A DNA stretch of 64,000 bases from Promethearchaeota archaeon (GTDB lineage Archaea; Asgardarchaeota; Lokiarchaeia; Sigyniarchaeales; SOKP01), in the NCBI GenBank assembly GCA_048938025.1, contig JBHLMP010000009.1, forward strand, positions 1 through 64,000, read 5' to 3'. Position 1 is the stretch's first letter. Every line of letters begins with the position of its first letter. This document shows, piece after piece, positions 26,979 through 37,336 of this stretch. Below the pieces are notes generated by a model, which saw nothing but the letters and a program-made list of their open reading frames with translations, did not search any database and had not been told where the DNA came from. A program made the translations under genes and the position numbers.

Positions 26979-28757
26979 ATGAGTAATGAAATTAACGAAT
27001 ATTGGATGAAATTATGGCCCAAAGAAACACCTCGCCATGTTGACTATGATAAAATATCCTTAGGAGAGATGTTAAGAAACACTGCTGAAACTTACCCTGA
27101 AAGTAAAGCAATATATTTTGAAGGTTTTAGAATGACATATAAAGAATTAGATAAAGCAGTAGATCAATTTGCTACAGCTCTTGCAAGGATGGGAATTAAA
27201 AAGGGTGATGTTGTTCTTATAGATTTACCTAATGTCCCCCAATTTGTAATAGCATACTATGGTATAGTTCGAATTGGTGCAATAGCAAATCCCATTATTC
27301 CTTTAAATAGATTTACCGAAATTGTGCATCAAACAAATGATTCTAAAGGAAAAATGCTTATAATTTTAGATGTTCTTTATGAAGAACATTTGCATAAAAA
27401 TGATTTGACTAAAATGCCCACTTTGAAAGATATTATACTGACTGGAATTGCCGAATATCTACCCCCAATGAAAGCTAAATTAGGAACTGCTTTAGGAAAG
27501 GTACCGAGAATGAAGAAATGGCCAAAAAAAGTAGGAGATGTGAATTTTCATGAATTTCAAGATTTTTTGTCAAGAGGATTTCCAATCGATTTACCTGATG
27601 TAAAAATTGACCCGATTAATGATGTTTCAACTTTAATATACACGGGTGGTACTACAGGGCTTCCAAAAGGGTGTATGATGTCACATTTTAATTTTGTGGT
27701 AAATGCGCAACAGGGTAGTACTTTTGTGCGAACTCAATTACCAAAAGTAGAAGAAACTTTAGGTAAAGGGGGAATGTTTGTGGTTTTGCCTTTAGCACAT
27801 GAATTCGCATTATCAATAGCTATGAATATTGGAGTATATCATAGTTATAATCTTATATTATTCCCACAACCTCCTGCCAAGCTTTCAAAAATATTAAAAA
27901 TGATTAAAAAGGAAAATGTAACTTTTGGCCCTGGAGTGCCAACTTTATGGAATAAGATTAGCCAAGACCCCGATTCTATTAAATATAAAGGGAAACTTGA
28001 TTCTCTTATTGCATGCTTAAGTGGGGCTTCTGCTCTTCCTTTAGAAGTGAAACAAGAATTTGAGGATATTACTGGTGCATTAATCGTAGAAGGTTTTGGA
28101 ATGAGTGAGACCAGTCCAATATTAACAGTCACCCCATTCCATAAATATAAAGAAAATACAGTAGGTTTCCCAGTGTCAGATACATTGATAAAAATTGTTG
28201 ATCCTGAAGATGGTACTAAAATCTTACCCCAATGCCCCAATGAATCCTGCGAAGATTGTGGTACAAATGAAGCACAATACATTGGTGAGATTTGCGGATG
28301 TGGACCCCAGGTATTTCTAGGGTATTTAAATAGACCAGATGCTACTGAATATGCATTGAGAAAAGATTCAAAAGGAAGAACCTGGTATTATACTACAGAT
28401 ATTGGTTGTATAGACCGTGATGGATATCTACATATTAAGGACCGTAAAAGAGATATGATTAAATATAAGGCACATAGTGTATTTCCAAGAGAAGTAGAAG
28501 ATTTGATGTATCTTCATGAAGCTATTAATGAAGTTGGCGTTGTTGGGGTTCCAGATCCAGAAGTGGGAGAAAATATTAAAGCTTATGTATCCCTCAAACC
28601 AGAATATCAAGGTAAGATATCAGAAGGTGATCTAAGAGAATGGTGTAAAGCAAATATTTCGGCATTTAAATATCCTAGAATTATTGAGATTATCCCAGAA
28701 TTGCCTAAGTCTGTAGTAGGTAAAATATTACGGCGTGAATTAAGAACTAAAGAATAA
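26979..28757 (+). CDS. Long-chain fatty acid--CoA ligase (AMP-binding)
   Basis: YTGGTTGLPKG, FGMSETSP, DRKRD and VGKILRR motifs. Confidence 0.92.
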   Translation: MSNEINEYWMKLWPKETPRHVDYDKISLGEMLRNTAETYPESKAIYFEGFRMTYKELDKAVDQFATALARMGIKKGDVVLIDLPNVPQFVIAYYGIVRIGAIANPIIPLNRFTEIVHQTNDSKGKMLIILDVLYEEHLHKNDLTKMPTLKDIILTGIAEYLPPMKAKLGTALGKVPRMKKWPKKVGDVNFHEFQDFLSRGFPIDLPDVKIDPINDVSTLIYTGGTTGLPKGCMMSHFNFVVNAQQGSTFVRTQLPKVEETLGKGGMFVVLPLAHEFALSIAMNIGVYHSYNLILFPQPPAKLSKILKMIKKENVTFGPGVPTLWNKISQDPDSIKYKGKLDSLIACLSGASALPLEVKQEFEDITGALIVEGFGMSETSPILTVTPFHKYKENTVGFPVSDTLIKIVDPEDGTKILPQCPNESCEDCGTNEAQYIGEICGCGPQVFLGYLNRPDATEYALRKDSKGRTWYYTTDIGCIDRDGYLHIKDRKRDMIKYKAHSVFPREVEDLMYLHEAINEVGVVGVPDPEVGENIKAYVSLKPEYQGKISEGDLREWCKANISAFKYPRIIEIIPELPKSVVGKILRRELRTKE

Positions 28758-28794
28758 TTAAAAAACATTTTTTTTTTATAATATCAAATTTCAC

Positions 28795-29835
28795 TTAAGA
28801 TGATTTTACAAATTCATTTGAATTTTTAAGATAAATTTCTGCTTCTTTTACCATATTTTCAATAATATCTTTTACATTATCGAGACTATTGATTATCCCA
28901 CAACTTTGACCTAACGGAACGGCGCCATTTTCTATATCTCCATAATATACAATTTCATAATTCTTTTGATCATCAAGAAAGTCTTGGATTGACATTGCAC
29001 TCTCCTTCGCAATTTTCTCGTTTTTAGTTTTAACAGAATCATGATGAGCAGTATATTTATTCTTCCATAACCTTATCGGAGCTATGAATCCTGTTACAAC
29101 TGTGGTATCTTGAGGTTTTGATGGGGATACAATCTGTTTGTAATTTTCATGAAATTCACTATCATTTGAGGCAATAAATCTAGTTCCCATGGCGATTGCT
29201 CCCGCTCCCATTGCTAATGCTCCAGCAAGCCCTACACCAGTTGCAAAACCTCCACATAAAATTATGGGAATGTCAGGGAATGTTTGTTTTACCTGTTGAA
29301 TCAAAACTAATGTTGATGTTTTCTCATAAGATTGATGTCCTCCACCCTCAAAACCGGTAACTACAAGTCCATCGACTCCTGCATCTACACACTTTCTAGC
29401 TAGCCAATATGCTGGAGCTACATGGTAATTTTTAATTTCAGACACTTTTTTTAGTTTCTGATAATTGTTACTTTTTTGTAACATACGAGCGGAACCAGCA
29501 GAAGTTATTGCATACCTCACTTGTTCTCTTAATTTTGGTTTGCTCATAATGAACTTGGGTATTTCTCTGCAAAGCTTTAAGGCATCCATCTGCAACCTTG
29601 CTGTTCTAATATTGAAACCAAATGGTTTGTCTGTATGCTCAATAACATATTCCATATTTTTCTTCATTTCCTCAGTACTACTTTTACCGAATAAATTAGT
29701 GTGACTTAAAACTCCCATTCCTCCAGCTTCAGATACTGCTACTGTTAATTCCGTGGTATAAAAAGGTCCCATTGGTGCTGCAACAATTGGATGCTTAATT
29801 CCTAACATTTTGGTTACGTTTGTCTCTAATACCAA
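28795..29835 (-). CDS. Nitronate monooxygenase / FabK-like FMN-dependent enoyl-thioester reductase
   Basis: HPIVAAPM, VSEAGGMG, GFEGGGH, GGFATG and MGTRF motifs. Confidence 0.88.
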   Translation of the reverse strand: MVLETNVTKMLGIKHPIVAAPMGPFYTTELTVAVSEAGGMGVLSHTNLFGKSSTEEMKKNMEYVIEHTDKPFGFNIRTARLQMDALKLCREIPKFIMSKPKLREQVRYAITSAGSARMLQKSNNYQKLKKVSEIKNYHVAPAYWLARKCVDAGVDGLVVTGFEGGGHQSYEKTSTLVLIQQVKQTFPDIPIILCGGFATGVGLAGALAMGAGAIAMGTRFIASNDSEFHENYKQIVSPSKPQDTTVVTGFIAPIRLWKNKYTAHHDSVKTKNEKIAKESAMSIQDFLDDQKNYEIVYYGDIENGAVPLGQSCGIINSLDNVKDIIENMVKEAEIYLKNSNEFVKSS

Positions 29836-29995
29836 TTTTTTTCACTTTTGTTAAAACTGTTAATTATAATAATATTATAGAATTAAATAATGTAAGATTT
29901 AAACTTTTAACGATTTGCTCGTTAAAAATAAAAAGGGAAAAGAATATATATTGAAAACATCAAAAAGCATAAAATAATATAAAATGTGAAAAAAT

Positions 29996-31237
29996 GTGAA
30001 GAAAGTTGCAATTATAGGGATAGGGATTACTCCTTTTAAAGCGAGATATTTAGACAAAACCTACTTTGAATTGGCTTATGATGCAACGAAACTTGCACTA
30101 AATGATGCAAATAATAATGGAGCAGAAATAACTCATAAGGATCTGCAATCCACAGTATATGGAATTTATAATGAATTATTTGAACGTCAATTTATGCCAG
30201 ATATTTTTATAAATTCATACATAGGTATGAATAATAAACCAGGCACACGTATAGCAACAGGAGGGGCAACAGGAGGATATACTGTAAGGATGGCATATGC
30301 AGAAGTAGCTTCTGGCTTATCTGACTTATGTCTATGTATAGGAGTCGAAAAATGTAACGATTGCTATGACGAACAAACAGGTACAACTACGCCAGAGGTA
30401 TTGAACGCTATTGCATATTCTGCTGATATGACTTATGAATATCCTATGGGAATGCTGGCTGCCAGTTCTTATGTCTCGATGGTAAATGCACATTATGAGG
30501 AATTTGGGAATCCAACAGAAGAGCAAATGGCTTTGGTATCTGTTAAAAATCATGGAAATGCTATAAATAACCCAAAAGCACAATCTCCAATGAAAATAAC
30601 AGTTGAAGATGTAATGAACTCAAGAATAATATGCTATCCATTTAAAATGTTAGATTGTTGTTTATATTCAGAAGCATCAGCAGCTTTAATTCTCGCAAAT
30701 GAAGATAAAGTAAAGGATCTAAAAATTGAGAACCCAATCTGGATTACTGGTGTGGCAGCAACAAATACTGATTGCTTTATAGGAAACAGAGAAGATATGG
30801 GACGTCTCTATTCTAATATTTATGCTGCAAAAGCAGCTTATAAAATGGCAGGATTAGATTATAACAAAATTAAGACACAAATTGATTTAGCGGAACTTCA
30901 TGATGCTTTTAGTGGACAAGAGGTTATCAGCTATGAGGAGCTTGGGTTTGTTCCATTTGGGGAAGGAGGCAATTGGATAGAAACAGGTGGTCCTTTTATC
31001 GATGGTGAATTACCATGTTGTCCTAGCGGTGGATTGATTGGATGTGGTCATGCTGTGGGCGCTACAGGAATTATGTCCACAGGGGAAGCAGCTCTTCAGC
31101 TTCGAGAGGATGCTGGGAAGCATCAAGTAAAATCAATTGAAAATGGTAGAGCTATTGCTCATTCAATCGGAGGACCTGGAGCAGCATATGCAGCGGTTAT
31201 AGTAATGTCAAATGAGGAGGGGTTGAGAAAGGCGTGA
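29996..31237 (+). CDS. SCP-x/Ltp-type thiolase-fold protein lacking the nucleophilic Cys
   Basis: VAIIGIG, TGGATGG at the Cys position, ELHDAF and GHAVGATG motifs. Confidence 0.88.
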   Translation: MKKVAIIGIGITPFKARYLDKTYFELAYDATKLALNDANNNGAEITHKDLQSTVYGIYNELFERQFMPDIFINSYIGMNNKPGTRIATGGATGGYTVRMAYAEVASGLSDLCLCIGVEKCNDCYDEQTGTTTPEVLNAIAYSADMTYEYPMGMLAASSYVSMVNAHYEEFGNPTEEQMALVSVKNHGNAINNPKAQSPMKITVEDVMNSRIICYPFKMLDCCLYSEASAALILANEDKVKDLKIENPIWITGVAATNTDCFIGNREDMGRLYSNIYAAKAAYKMAGLDYNKIKTQIDLAELHDAFSGQEVISYEELGFVPFGEGGNWIETGGPFIDGELPCCPSGGLIGCGHAVGATGIMSTGEAALQLREDAGKHQVKSIENGRAIAHSIGGPGAAYAAVIVMSNEEGLRKA

Positions 31238-31728
31238 GTGAAGAATTTCAAGATCATCAAGTAAGAGATATAATAAAAATCAATTACAAATATACGATGG
31301 GAGGACAATCTAAATTTTTTCTTGAAGTTATGAATAACAAGAAATTATTAGGTACTAAATGTACCAAATGTGGGAAAACTTGGATGCCTCCAAGAATTAA
31401 TTGCTCTGATTGTTTTGTTCCTGCTGAATGGGTGGAATTGAACCAAACAGGAACCATCCAAGTCAGCACCATAGTTTGGTATACCACTTCTGCTTTCATT
31501 AAAGCAATCCCATATGGTATAGGGTTTATAAAATTAGATGGCGCAGAAACCGCATTACTTCAAGGAATTTTTTCAGAAAATTTAGTCCCTTCTAAGATTA
31601 AGAGAGGAAGAAGAGTTAGAGCAGTTTTTAACAAAGTAAGAGAAGGGAAAATGACAGATTTTTTCTTTGTTCCAGAAGATGAATATGAAAACTGGATAAA
31701 TAAACCTGAATATGAAGGAGGGAACTAA
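31234..31728 (+). CDS. DUF35 (Zn-ribbon + OB-fold) thiolase partner
   Basis: GTKCTKCG..PPR..CSDC; overlaps the thiolase stop codon. Confidence 0.9.
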   Translation: MSEEFQDHQVRDIIKINYKYTMGGQSKFFLEVMNNKKLLGTKCTKCGKTWMPPRINCSDCFVPAEWVELNQTGTIQVSTIVWYTTSAFIKAIPYGIGFIKLDGAETALLQGIFSENLVPSKIKRGRRVRAVFNKVREGKMTDFFFVPEDEYENWINKPEYEGGN

Positions 31729-31730
31729 AA

Positions 31731-32102
31731 ATGGGTATAGCAAGAGATAATTTAACAAAAATTATTGAAAACATAAACCACAATGAAAAAGCTCAAGTTG
31801 TTTTTGTAACTAATATTGCTGGGAAGGATGTTGATTGGGAAATGTCATTTCAATTCAACCTTGATAATGAAGACCCTTTTTATGTAGATATTAAAAACCG
31901 CAAAGCAATTTTGTTAGAAGGGACCAAATCAGATTCAGTTATAGTTATGTCTGGAGATCCTAATTCAATTGTTAAAATCTGCAACGGCAAGGGTGATTTC
32001 ACTCACGCAATCAGTCGTGAAGAGATTACTGTAGAAAAAGGTAGGGTTATGGATGTTATTAGACTAACAAGAGCAATAACAATCGTTTTAAAAACAAAAT
32101 AA
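31731..32102 (+). CDS. SCP2 sterol/lipid-binding domain protein
   Basis: FQFNL...FYVDIKN...EG...D.VI and the ITVEKG..MDV.RL pattern; same operon as thiolase/DUF35. Confidence 0.7.
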   Translation: MGIARDNLTKIIENINHNEKAQVVFVTNIAGKDVDWEMSFQFNLDNEDPFYVDIKNRKAILLEGTKSDSVIVMSGDPNSIVKICNGKGDFTHAISREEITVEKGRVMDVIRLTRAITIVLKTK

Positions 32103-32143
32103 TTACTTTTTTACAATTTTTTTTATTATTTTTATTAATAGAA

Positions 32144-32530
32144 TTAAATATTTGAAAAATCTTCCATAAACCAATTGAATACAGGGGGAATATTTTCAAT
32201 GATTCTATATTTAATTTTTTTATGTAAAATTACAATAAAAATCTCATCTTGTTTTCGCACAAATTGATAATATTCATTATTGGAGATCTCTTTTAATTTA
32301 TTTTTATCAGTGGTATCAATATGGAAAAGTAAATAATCATTTATATCTGCATATTCTGGACCCCAAGAGTATTCAATTTCTTTTTGTAAAAAAGAAAGAA
32401 AAGTATTAAGAGTTTGGTCTAGTGCGATCCACCCATATAAGTAAATATCTTGATCTTCATAAACTACGATGAAATTACCGGTAACTTCTGGAAAGCGTAC
32501 ATTTTCTTCAATCTTTTTAAAATTATCCAT
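32144..32530 (-). CDS. Hypothetical protein (128 aa, MDNFKKIE...)
   Basis: ATG at 32530 avoids the overlap with ltaE that the longer ORF has; fills the intergenic gap. Confidence 0.65.
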   Translation of the reverse strand: MDNFKKIEENVRFPEVTGNFIVVYEDQDIYLYGWIALDQTLNTFLSFLQKEIEYSWGPEYADINDYLLFHIDTTDKNKLKEISNNEYYQFVRKQDEIFIVILHKKIKYRIIENIPPVFNWFMEDFSNI

Positions 32531-32615
32531 ATTAAAAACTTCAATGAAAAATACTGTTAATAATTTTTTATTTAAATGATTCATTATAAAAACACAAAAT
32601 ATTATACTTAAGATT

Positions 32616-33671
32616 TTGATTAAATTGAAAATTGTTGATCTCCGTTCCGATACGGTAACAAAGCCATCTCCTGAAATGTGGGAAGTAGTTAAATCATTAG
32701 ATAATACTAAGATAGGTGATGATGTTGAAAAAGAAGATCCAACTGTTAATGAATTAGAAGATAAAGCAGCAAAGATAGTGGGAAAAGAGGCAGCATTATT
32801 TGTCACTTCAGGAACACAAGGAAACCTTGTCTCTTTATTATCCCAAACCACACCTGGAGATGAGATAATGGTTGAGGAACTTAGTCATATTTATGGTCAT
32901 GAAGTAGGAAGTGCTGCTCGAATCGGAGGATTAATGATTTGTACCTATCCTTCAAATAAAGGTATCCCAAACTTAGATGACCTTCAGAACATGATTCGAG
33001 ATAAGGAAGATATTCATGAACCTCCAACAACTCTTTTTTGTGCTGAAAATACTCATAATTTTCATGGAGGTATTATAATCAAACCTGAAGATCTTAATAA
33101 AATGAAAAAATTTGCAGGAAAAAACAATTTAAGATTTCATCTTGATGGTGCAAGAATATTTAATGCTTCGATAGCCCTCAACCGACCTGCTTCAGATTTC
33201 ACTCAATATGTTGATAGCGTTATGTTTTGTCTATCCAAAGGCCTTTCCTGCCCAGTTGGTTCTATTGTTGCTGGTTCATACGATTTTATTGAAAGAGCGA
33301 GAAGATATAGAAAAATGTTAGGAGGAGGGATGAGGCAAGCAGGAGTTATTGCTTGTTTTGGGTTAGTGGCACTCGAACCGAAATGGATAAAAAGATTAGA
33401 GGAAGATCATAAGAATGCTAAATTGCTTGCTGAAGGTCTTAAGAATCTAGAATTATCAATTAAAGTTCAACAACCAGAAACTAATATTTTCTGGGTAGAT
33501 TTTCCACTTAATATACCAATGGATAAACTAATGACTAATTTATCTGAAAATGGGATTAAAACCTTCAATTTTAACCATAGAATACGTTTCGTTACTCATT
33601 ATGGACTAAATGAAGATGATATTCAATATAGCATAGGAATAATTGAAAAAATTTTACTTAGTTTGTTCTAA
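32616..33671 (+). CDS. ltaE: Low-specificity L-threonine aldolase
   Basis: DLRSDTVT, SGTQGN, ENTHN, HLDGARIFNA, CLSKGL and GGGMRQAG motifs. Confidence 0.93.
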   Translation: MIKLKIVDLRSDTVTKPSPEMWEVVKSLDNTKIGDDVEKEDPTVNELEDKAAKIVGKEAALFVTSGTQGNLVSLLSQTTPGDEIMVEELSHIYGHEVGSAARIGGLMICTYPSNKGIPNLDDLQNMIRDKEDIHEPPTTLFCAENTHNFHGGIIIKPEDLNKMKKFAGKNNLRFHLDGARIFNASIALNRPASDFTQYVDSVMFCLSKGLSCPVGSIVAGSYDFIERARRYRKMLGGGMRQAGVIACFGLVALEPKWIKRLEEDHKNAKLLAEGLKNLELSIKVQQPETNIFWVDFPLNIPMDKLMTNLSENGIKTFNFNHRIRFVTHYGLNEDDIQYSIGIIEKILLSLF

Positions 33672-33710
33672 AATAAAAAAATAGAATAAATAATTAAATA
33701 AAAATAATAA

Positions 33711-34214
33711 TTACTCTTTGCTGATATCTAAATCCTTTGCGTCATCTTCTACTAAATCATAGTATTCTATGTCATTTAATCCGCCAGTGATATTTTCTGC
33801 CCAATGAACTTTAACTGGCATTCCAATATAAGTATCTTTTAAATCCACTTCAGGATTTAACTCACCCATCTCTGTTGTATCAGCTCCATCTTGGCGGATC
33901 AATACCATTGGCTTTTCCCGAATTTCACCTGTTTCTGGATCTTTTAGATAAGCTATTGCATATGTAGAAACTTCACCTGTTTCTCGTAAATCAACCCATT
34001 GATCTGGTTTTATCATACATTTTCCACACACATATCTAGGAGGGAAAAAAACTCTATTACATCCTGGACATTTCAAACCAATCAATTTCTTCTCTTTTAA
34101 TTTTTCTAAAAAAGGTTGAAAATGAGTAATATTAAATTTAAAATTATAACTGGTCAAATACCAATTACTTGGCATTGTTCTAGTCCTTTTATAGTCTCTT
34201 TTAACGTAGTCCAA
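33711..34214 (-). CDS. DUF35 (Zn-ribbon + OB-fold) protein
   Basis: GLKCPGC..PPRYVCGKC and IGMPVK motifs; the start may be CTG at 34241 after GGAGGTGA. Confidence 0.88.
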   Translation of the reverse strand: MDYVKRDYKRTRTMPSNWYLTSYNFKFNITHFQPFLEKLKEKKLIGLKCPGCNRVFFPPRYVCGKCMIKPDQWVDLRETGEVSTYAIAYLKDPETGEIREKPMVLIRQDGADTTEMGELNPEVDLKDTYIGMPVKVHWAENITGGLNDIEYYDLVEDDAKDLDISKE

Positions 34215-34247
34215 AGATTTCCTTTGAGTTAATTTTGACAGCTTAAT

Positions 34248-35495
34248 TCACCTCCATTTTCTCTGGGGTTCATCTGACATCACCATCATTGTACATAAAT
34301 TAAGTATTCCGCCCCACCCATGCCCGATAGCAGTATGAACCGTTTTAGGTACTTGATTACTGGCTTTTCCCATTATCTGTAAGGCAGCAACAGCAGGTCT
34401 CTCTAATGCAGATGCTCCAATTGCATTAGTAGAATTAACACCTCCTGAACAGCATATTGGCAATTCACCATTTAACGCAGTTACTCCATTTTCGTACATC
34501 TGTGGAGCTGTAGTTTCTTCAAATAAACCCAATTTTTCAACCCACATGAGTTCCTGATTAGGGAATGGAGCATAAACTTCAGCATAATCTATTTCTTTTC
34601 GAGGAAAGGAGATCCCTGCCTGATTATAAGCCAATTCAGATGATTTCATTGCCCCTAATTGTTCTGAGGGATCTATTTGTCCTGATCCACTACAGTCATA
34701 TCCAAGAACAGCTGTCTCATGAGCAATACTAGCCACACCATTTACATAAACGGGAATATCACACACATCTTTAGCTTTTTCTTCTGTTGTAAATAAAACC
34801 GCACAAGCACCATCACTTGCAGGACAAACCATCCCATATCTTAAGGGATAGGATATATAGGGCGTGTCCAAAACTTCTTCAATGGTAACATTTGGCATTT
34901 TTAAATGAGCCCACCAAGTTTTTGCAGCATTACGTCTATTTTGTACCACCACTCTAGCCAAATCTTCTTCAGTTATCTTTGATTTACTCATATAATTAGT
35001 TGCTTGATATGAGGCTACACCAATAGCTGCACCTGCTGATAAAATACGTGTTAATCGTTCATAATCAATTCCTAGAGTATTGTAAATAGTAATTTCCCCA
35101 TAGGCTACACTAGCTAAACCAGTAGCAGTGTTACCCTGGCTTTGTTGTTCAAAGCCAACGGCAAGTACTGTATCAATTCCGGGTAATCCTGCTGCAACAG
35201 TATAATAACCGGCAATTGCAACAGTACCTCCTGTGGTACCCCCAGTTGTAACTCGCATTAATGGTTTATTTCTCGCTCCCATCCAATCGGTCATCCATAA
35301 TTCCGGAATATTTGACCCTTCAAAGGCAGGCATATTTCCATTTACATAAGCATCAATATCTTCAAAACTTACGCTTGGAACTTTCTTTAAGCAATCTTCT
35401 ATTGCTTCACTCACTAATTCAGGCATACTAACATCAGATCGTTTTGACGCATGTTCACTAAATCCTGCTGAAACTATTGCCACTTGCCTTCCCAT
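34248..35495 (-). CDS. Thiolase-fold protein, Ltp3-like (no catalytic Cys or His)
   Basis: Start MGRQVAIV at 35495; RVTTGGTTGG, SDGA, EVYAPF and TNAIGASA motifs. Confidence 0.85.
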   Translation of the reverse strand: MGRQVAIVSAGFSEHASKRSDVSMPELVSEAIEDCLKKVPSVSFEDIDAYVNGNMPAFEGSNIPELWMTDWMGARNKPLMRVTTGGTTGGTVAIAGYYTVAAGLPGIDTVLAVGFEQQSQGNTATGLASVAYGEITIYNTLGIDYERLTRILSAGAAIGVASYQATNYMSKSKITEEDLARVVVQNRRNAAKTWWAHLKMPNVTIEEVLDTPYISYPLRYGMVCPASDGACAVLFTTEEKAKDVCDIPVYVNGVASIAHETAVLGYDCSGSGQIDPSEQLGAMKSSELAYNQAGISFPRKEIDYAEVYAPFPNQELMWVEKLGLFEETTAPQMYENGVTALNGELPICCSGGVNSTNAIGASALERPAVAALQIMGKASNQVPKTVHTAIGHGWGGILNLCTMMVMSDEPQRKWR

Positions 35496-35496
35496 T

Positions 35497-36639
35497 TTAA
35501 TTACTCCCCTCCAATACATACACGATATTATTTTGAGCACACATACCTATTTGACCAGAGGCTACAGCTTTTTTTGCCCCTTTAACTTGATATTGATTCC
35601 CTTCTCCTTTTAATTGTTTAGCAGCTTCGATTATTCTTATTAATCCTGTTGCACATGGTGGATTCCCTCCTATTGCTCCTCCAGAAGGATTTATTGGTAA
35701 TTCGCCATTTATATTTGAATCAATATTTAAACCTTTACCTTTTTCAGCAAACCCCAACGCCTCAGTAAATATTAGTTCTTCATGAGCATAAGCCTCAAAT
35801 AATTCAGCGATATCTATTTCGTCTCGTGGATTTTTAATTCTAGCCGATTTAAATGCCATTTTGCCAGCTAATTCCATTGATTTACTTGTTGATAAATCTC
35901 TATCACCAAGATAATAACCTTCTTGACTATAGCCTACACCCGTGATCCAGACAGGATTTTCTGTTATTTTTAAAGCTTGTTTCTCAGGTGCTAATAATAA
36001 AGCAGCAACTCCATCACAAGGTTGAGCAACCATTAATTCTGTTACTGGATCAGCATAAATTTCTGACTCTAACACATCTTTAACGGTAAGGTTTGGATTT
36101 TGAGATTCTGCTAAGGATAATGGATTTTTAGCGGCATTTTTCCTATTTTTTACAGCGATTTTAGCAATATCTTCAGCACTAATGCCATACTTCTCCATAT
36201 ATGCTCGCATTTGAAATCCAGCAGCAGTAATATCATTAACATAAGCAACGGGTCTTTCCCAAGTTGGATCTGTTTCATATAATCGAGCAGAGTGATATGG
36301 AAAGCATGAAGCCATACTTCCACCCCAAACAACTGCTAGTTTATGATTACCAGATAATATCCTCATTAATCCATACAAAACAGCATGAGCACCATCCATT
36401 TCTACTTTACTCTCATCGCTCATATATCCTCCACCAACTTCAACAGTAAAGCAATTTGATATCGTGCGTCCTTCATAATAATCATTAGTGCAAGAGATAA
36501 CAGTTGTAATATCCTTTTTCTTTAAACCAACCATGTCAAGTGCACCTCTAACAGCTTCAAAAATCATTTCATACCGACCATAATTAGCATCTGAATACAA
36601 TTTTACTTGATTATATCCTACAATACCTACTTTTTGCAT
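35497..36639 (-). CDS. Thiolase-fold protein, Ltp4-like
   Basis: ESKVEMDGAHA, CDGVAA and INPSGG..GNPPCATGL motifs. Confidence 0.85.
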   Translation of the reverse strand: MQKVGIVGYNQVKLYSDANYGRYEMIFEAVRGALDMVGLKKKDITTVISCTNDYYEGRTISNCFTVEVGGGYMSDESKVEMDGAHAVLYGLMRILSGNHKLAVVWGGSMASCFPYHSARLYETDPTWERPVAYVNDITAAGFQMRAYMEKYGISAEDIAKIAVKNRKNAAKNPLSLAESQNPNLTVKDVLESEIYADPVTELMVAQPCDGVAALLLAPEKQALKITENPVWITGVGYSQEGYYLGDRDLSTSKSMELAGKMAFKSARIKNPRDEIDIAELFEAYAHEELIFTEALGFAEKGKGLNIDSNINGELPINPSGGAIGGNPPCATGLIRIIEAAKQLKGEGNQYQVKGAKKAVASGQIGMCAQNNIVYVLEGSN

Positions 36640-36657
36640 GGTTCTTTTTACCTCCCA

Positions 36658-37122
36658 CTATAATTTTCTGAAACCCTTAATATCTGAAGGGTCACCTTTT
36701 GTTTTTTCTTCCCATACAGCTTTTACTTTCATTCCAGTTTTGATCTCTTCTGGGTTTATATCCAAAAGACGATAAACTATCCCTGTATTGCTACCATCAA
36801 TTTGTATCATCCCGATTATTTGAGGTTTTTTTACTTTTCGAGTAGTTCTATCATTCACCTTATAATATGTGACAGTGTAATTTAGCAAAATTCCTGTTTC
36901 AGGCAAATTAATCCAGTTTTGGTCCAAAGGAATTGTAATATTACATATTCCACAGATTTTTCTTGGAGGTACAAAAATTTTTCCACATTTCGGACATTTA
37001 TTTCCAATGAATTTCTTGTTTTCAAGAGCATCATAGAATTTATCCATGTACTGACCAACCCAAAAATTAAATTCCGCTCTTATAAGTCCCTTATTAGCTA
37101 CTATTACCTTTTCTTCACTCAT
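36658..37122 (-). CDS. DUF35 (Zn-ribbon + OB-fold) protein
   Basis: GNKCPKCG..PPRKICGIC and GMKVKAVW motifs. Confidence 0.9.
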   Translation of the reverse strand: MSEEKVIVANKGLIRAEFNFWVGQYMDKFYDALENKKFIGNKCPKCGKIFVPPRKICGICNITIPLDQNWINLPETGILLNYTVTYYKVNDRTTRKVKKPQIIGMIQIDGSNTGIVYRLLDINPEEIKTGMKVKAVWEEKTKGDPSDIKGFRKL

Positions 37123-37336
37123 TTTAATTTCTACTCTTATGAATTTTAATATTATTAATAGTAGTAAATAGTTTTAAAATAATTTGAAAATGCTTTATCC
37201 AAAAGTGTCTGGTTTAAAAAAAGCAACTTAAGTAAATAGGTTCCTAAATATTTTATTTTATAATTTTTTTTTCTATTTAATTTAAATTTGAAATTATTAA
37301 TAAGAAAAATAAGGAAAAAAAAATTTTAAAATAGGA

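Noticed and set aside
32531-32851. N-terminal extension of the 235-aa ORF
   Set aside because: It is antisense to ltaE and crosses an AT-rich promoter region; ATG 32530 is the better start.
34248-34250. Selenocysteine codon
   Set aside because: The UGA lies in a non-catalytic linker and overlaps a Shine-Dalgarno sequence; no Cys-equivalent position or SECIS was recognised.
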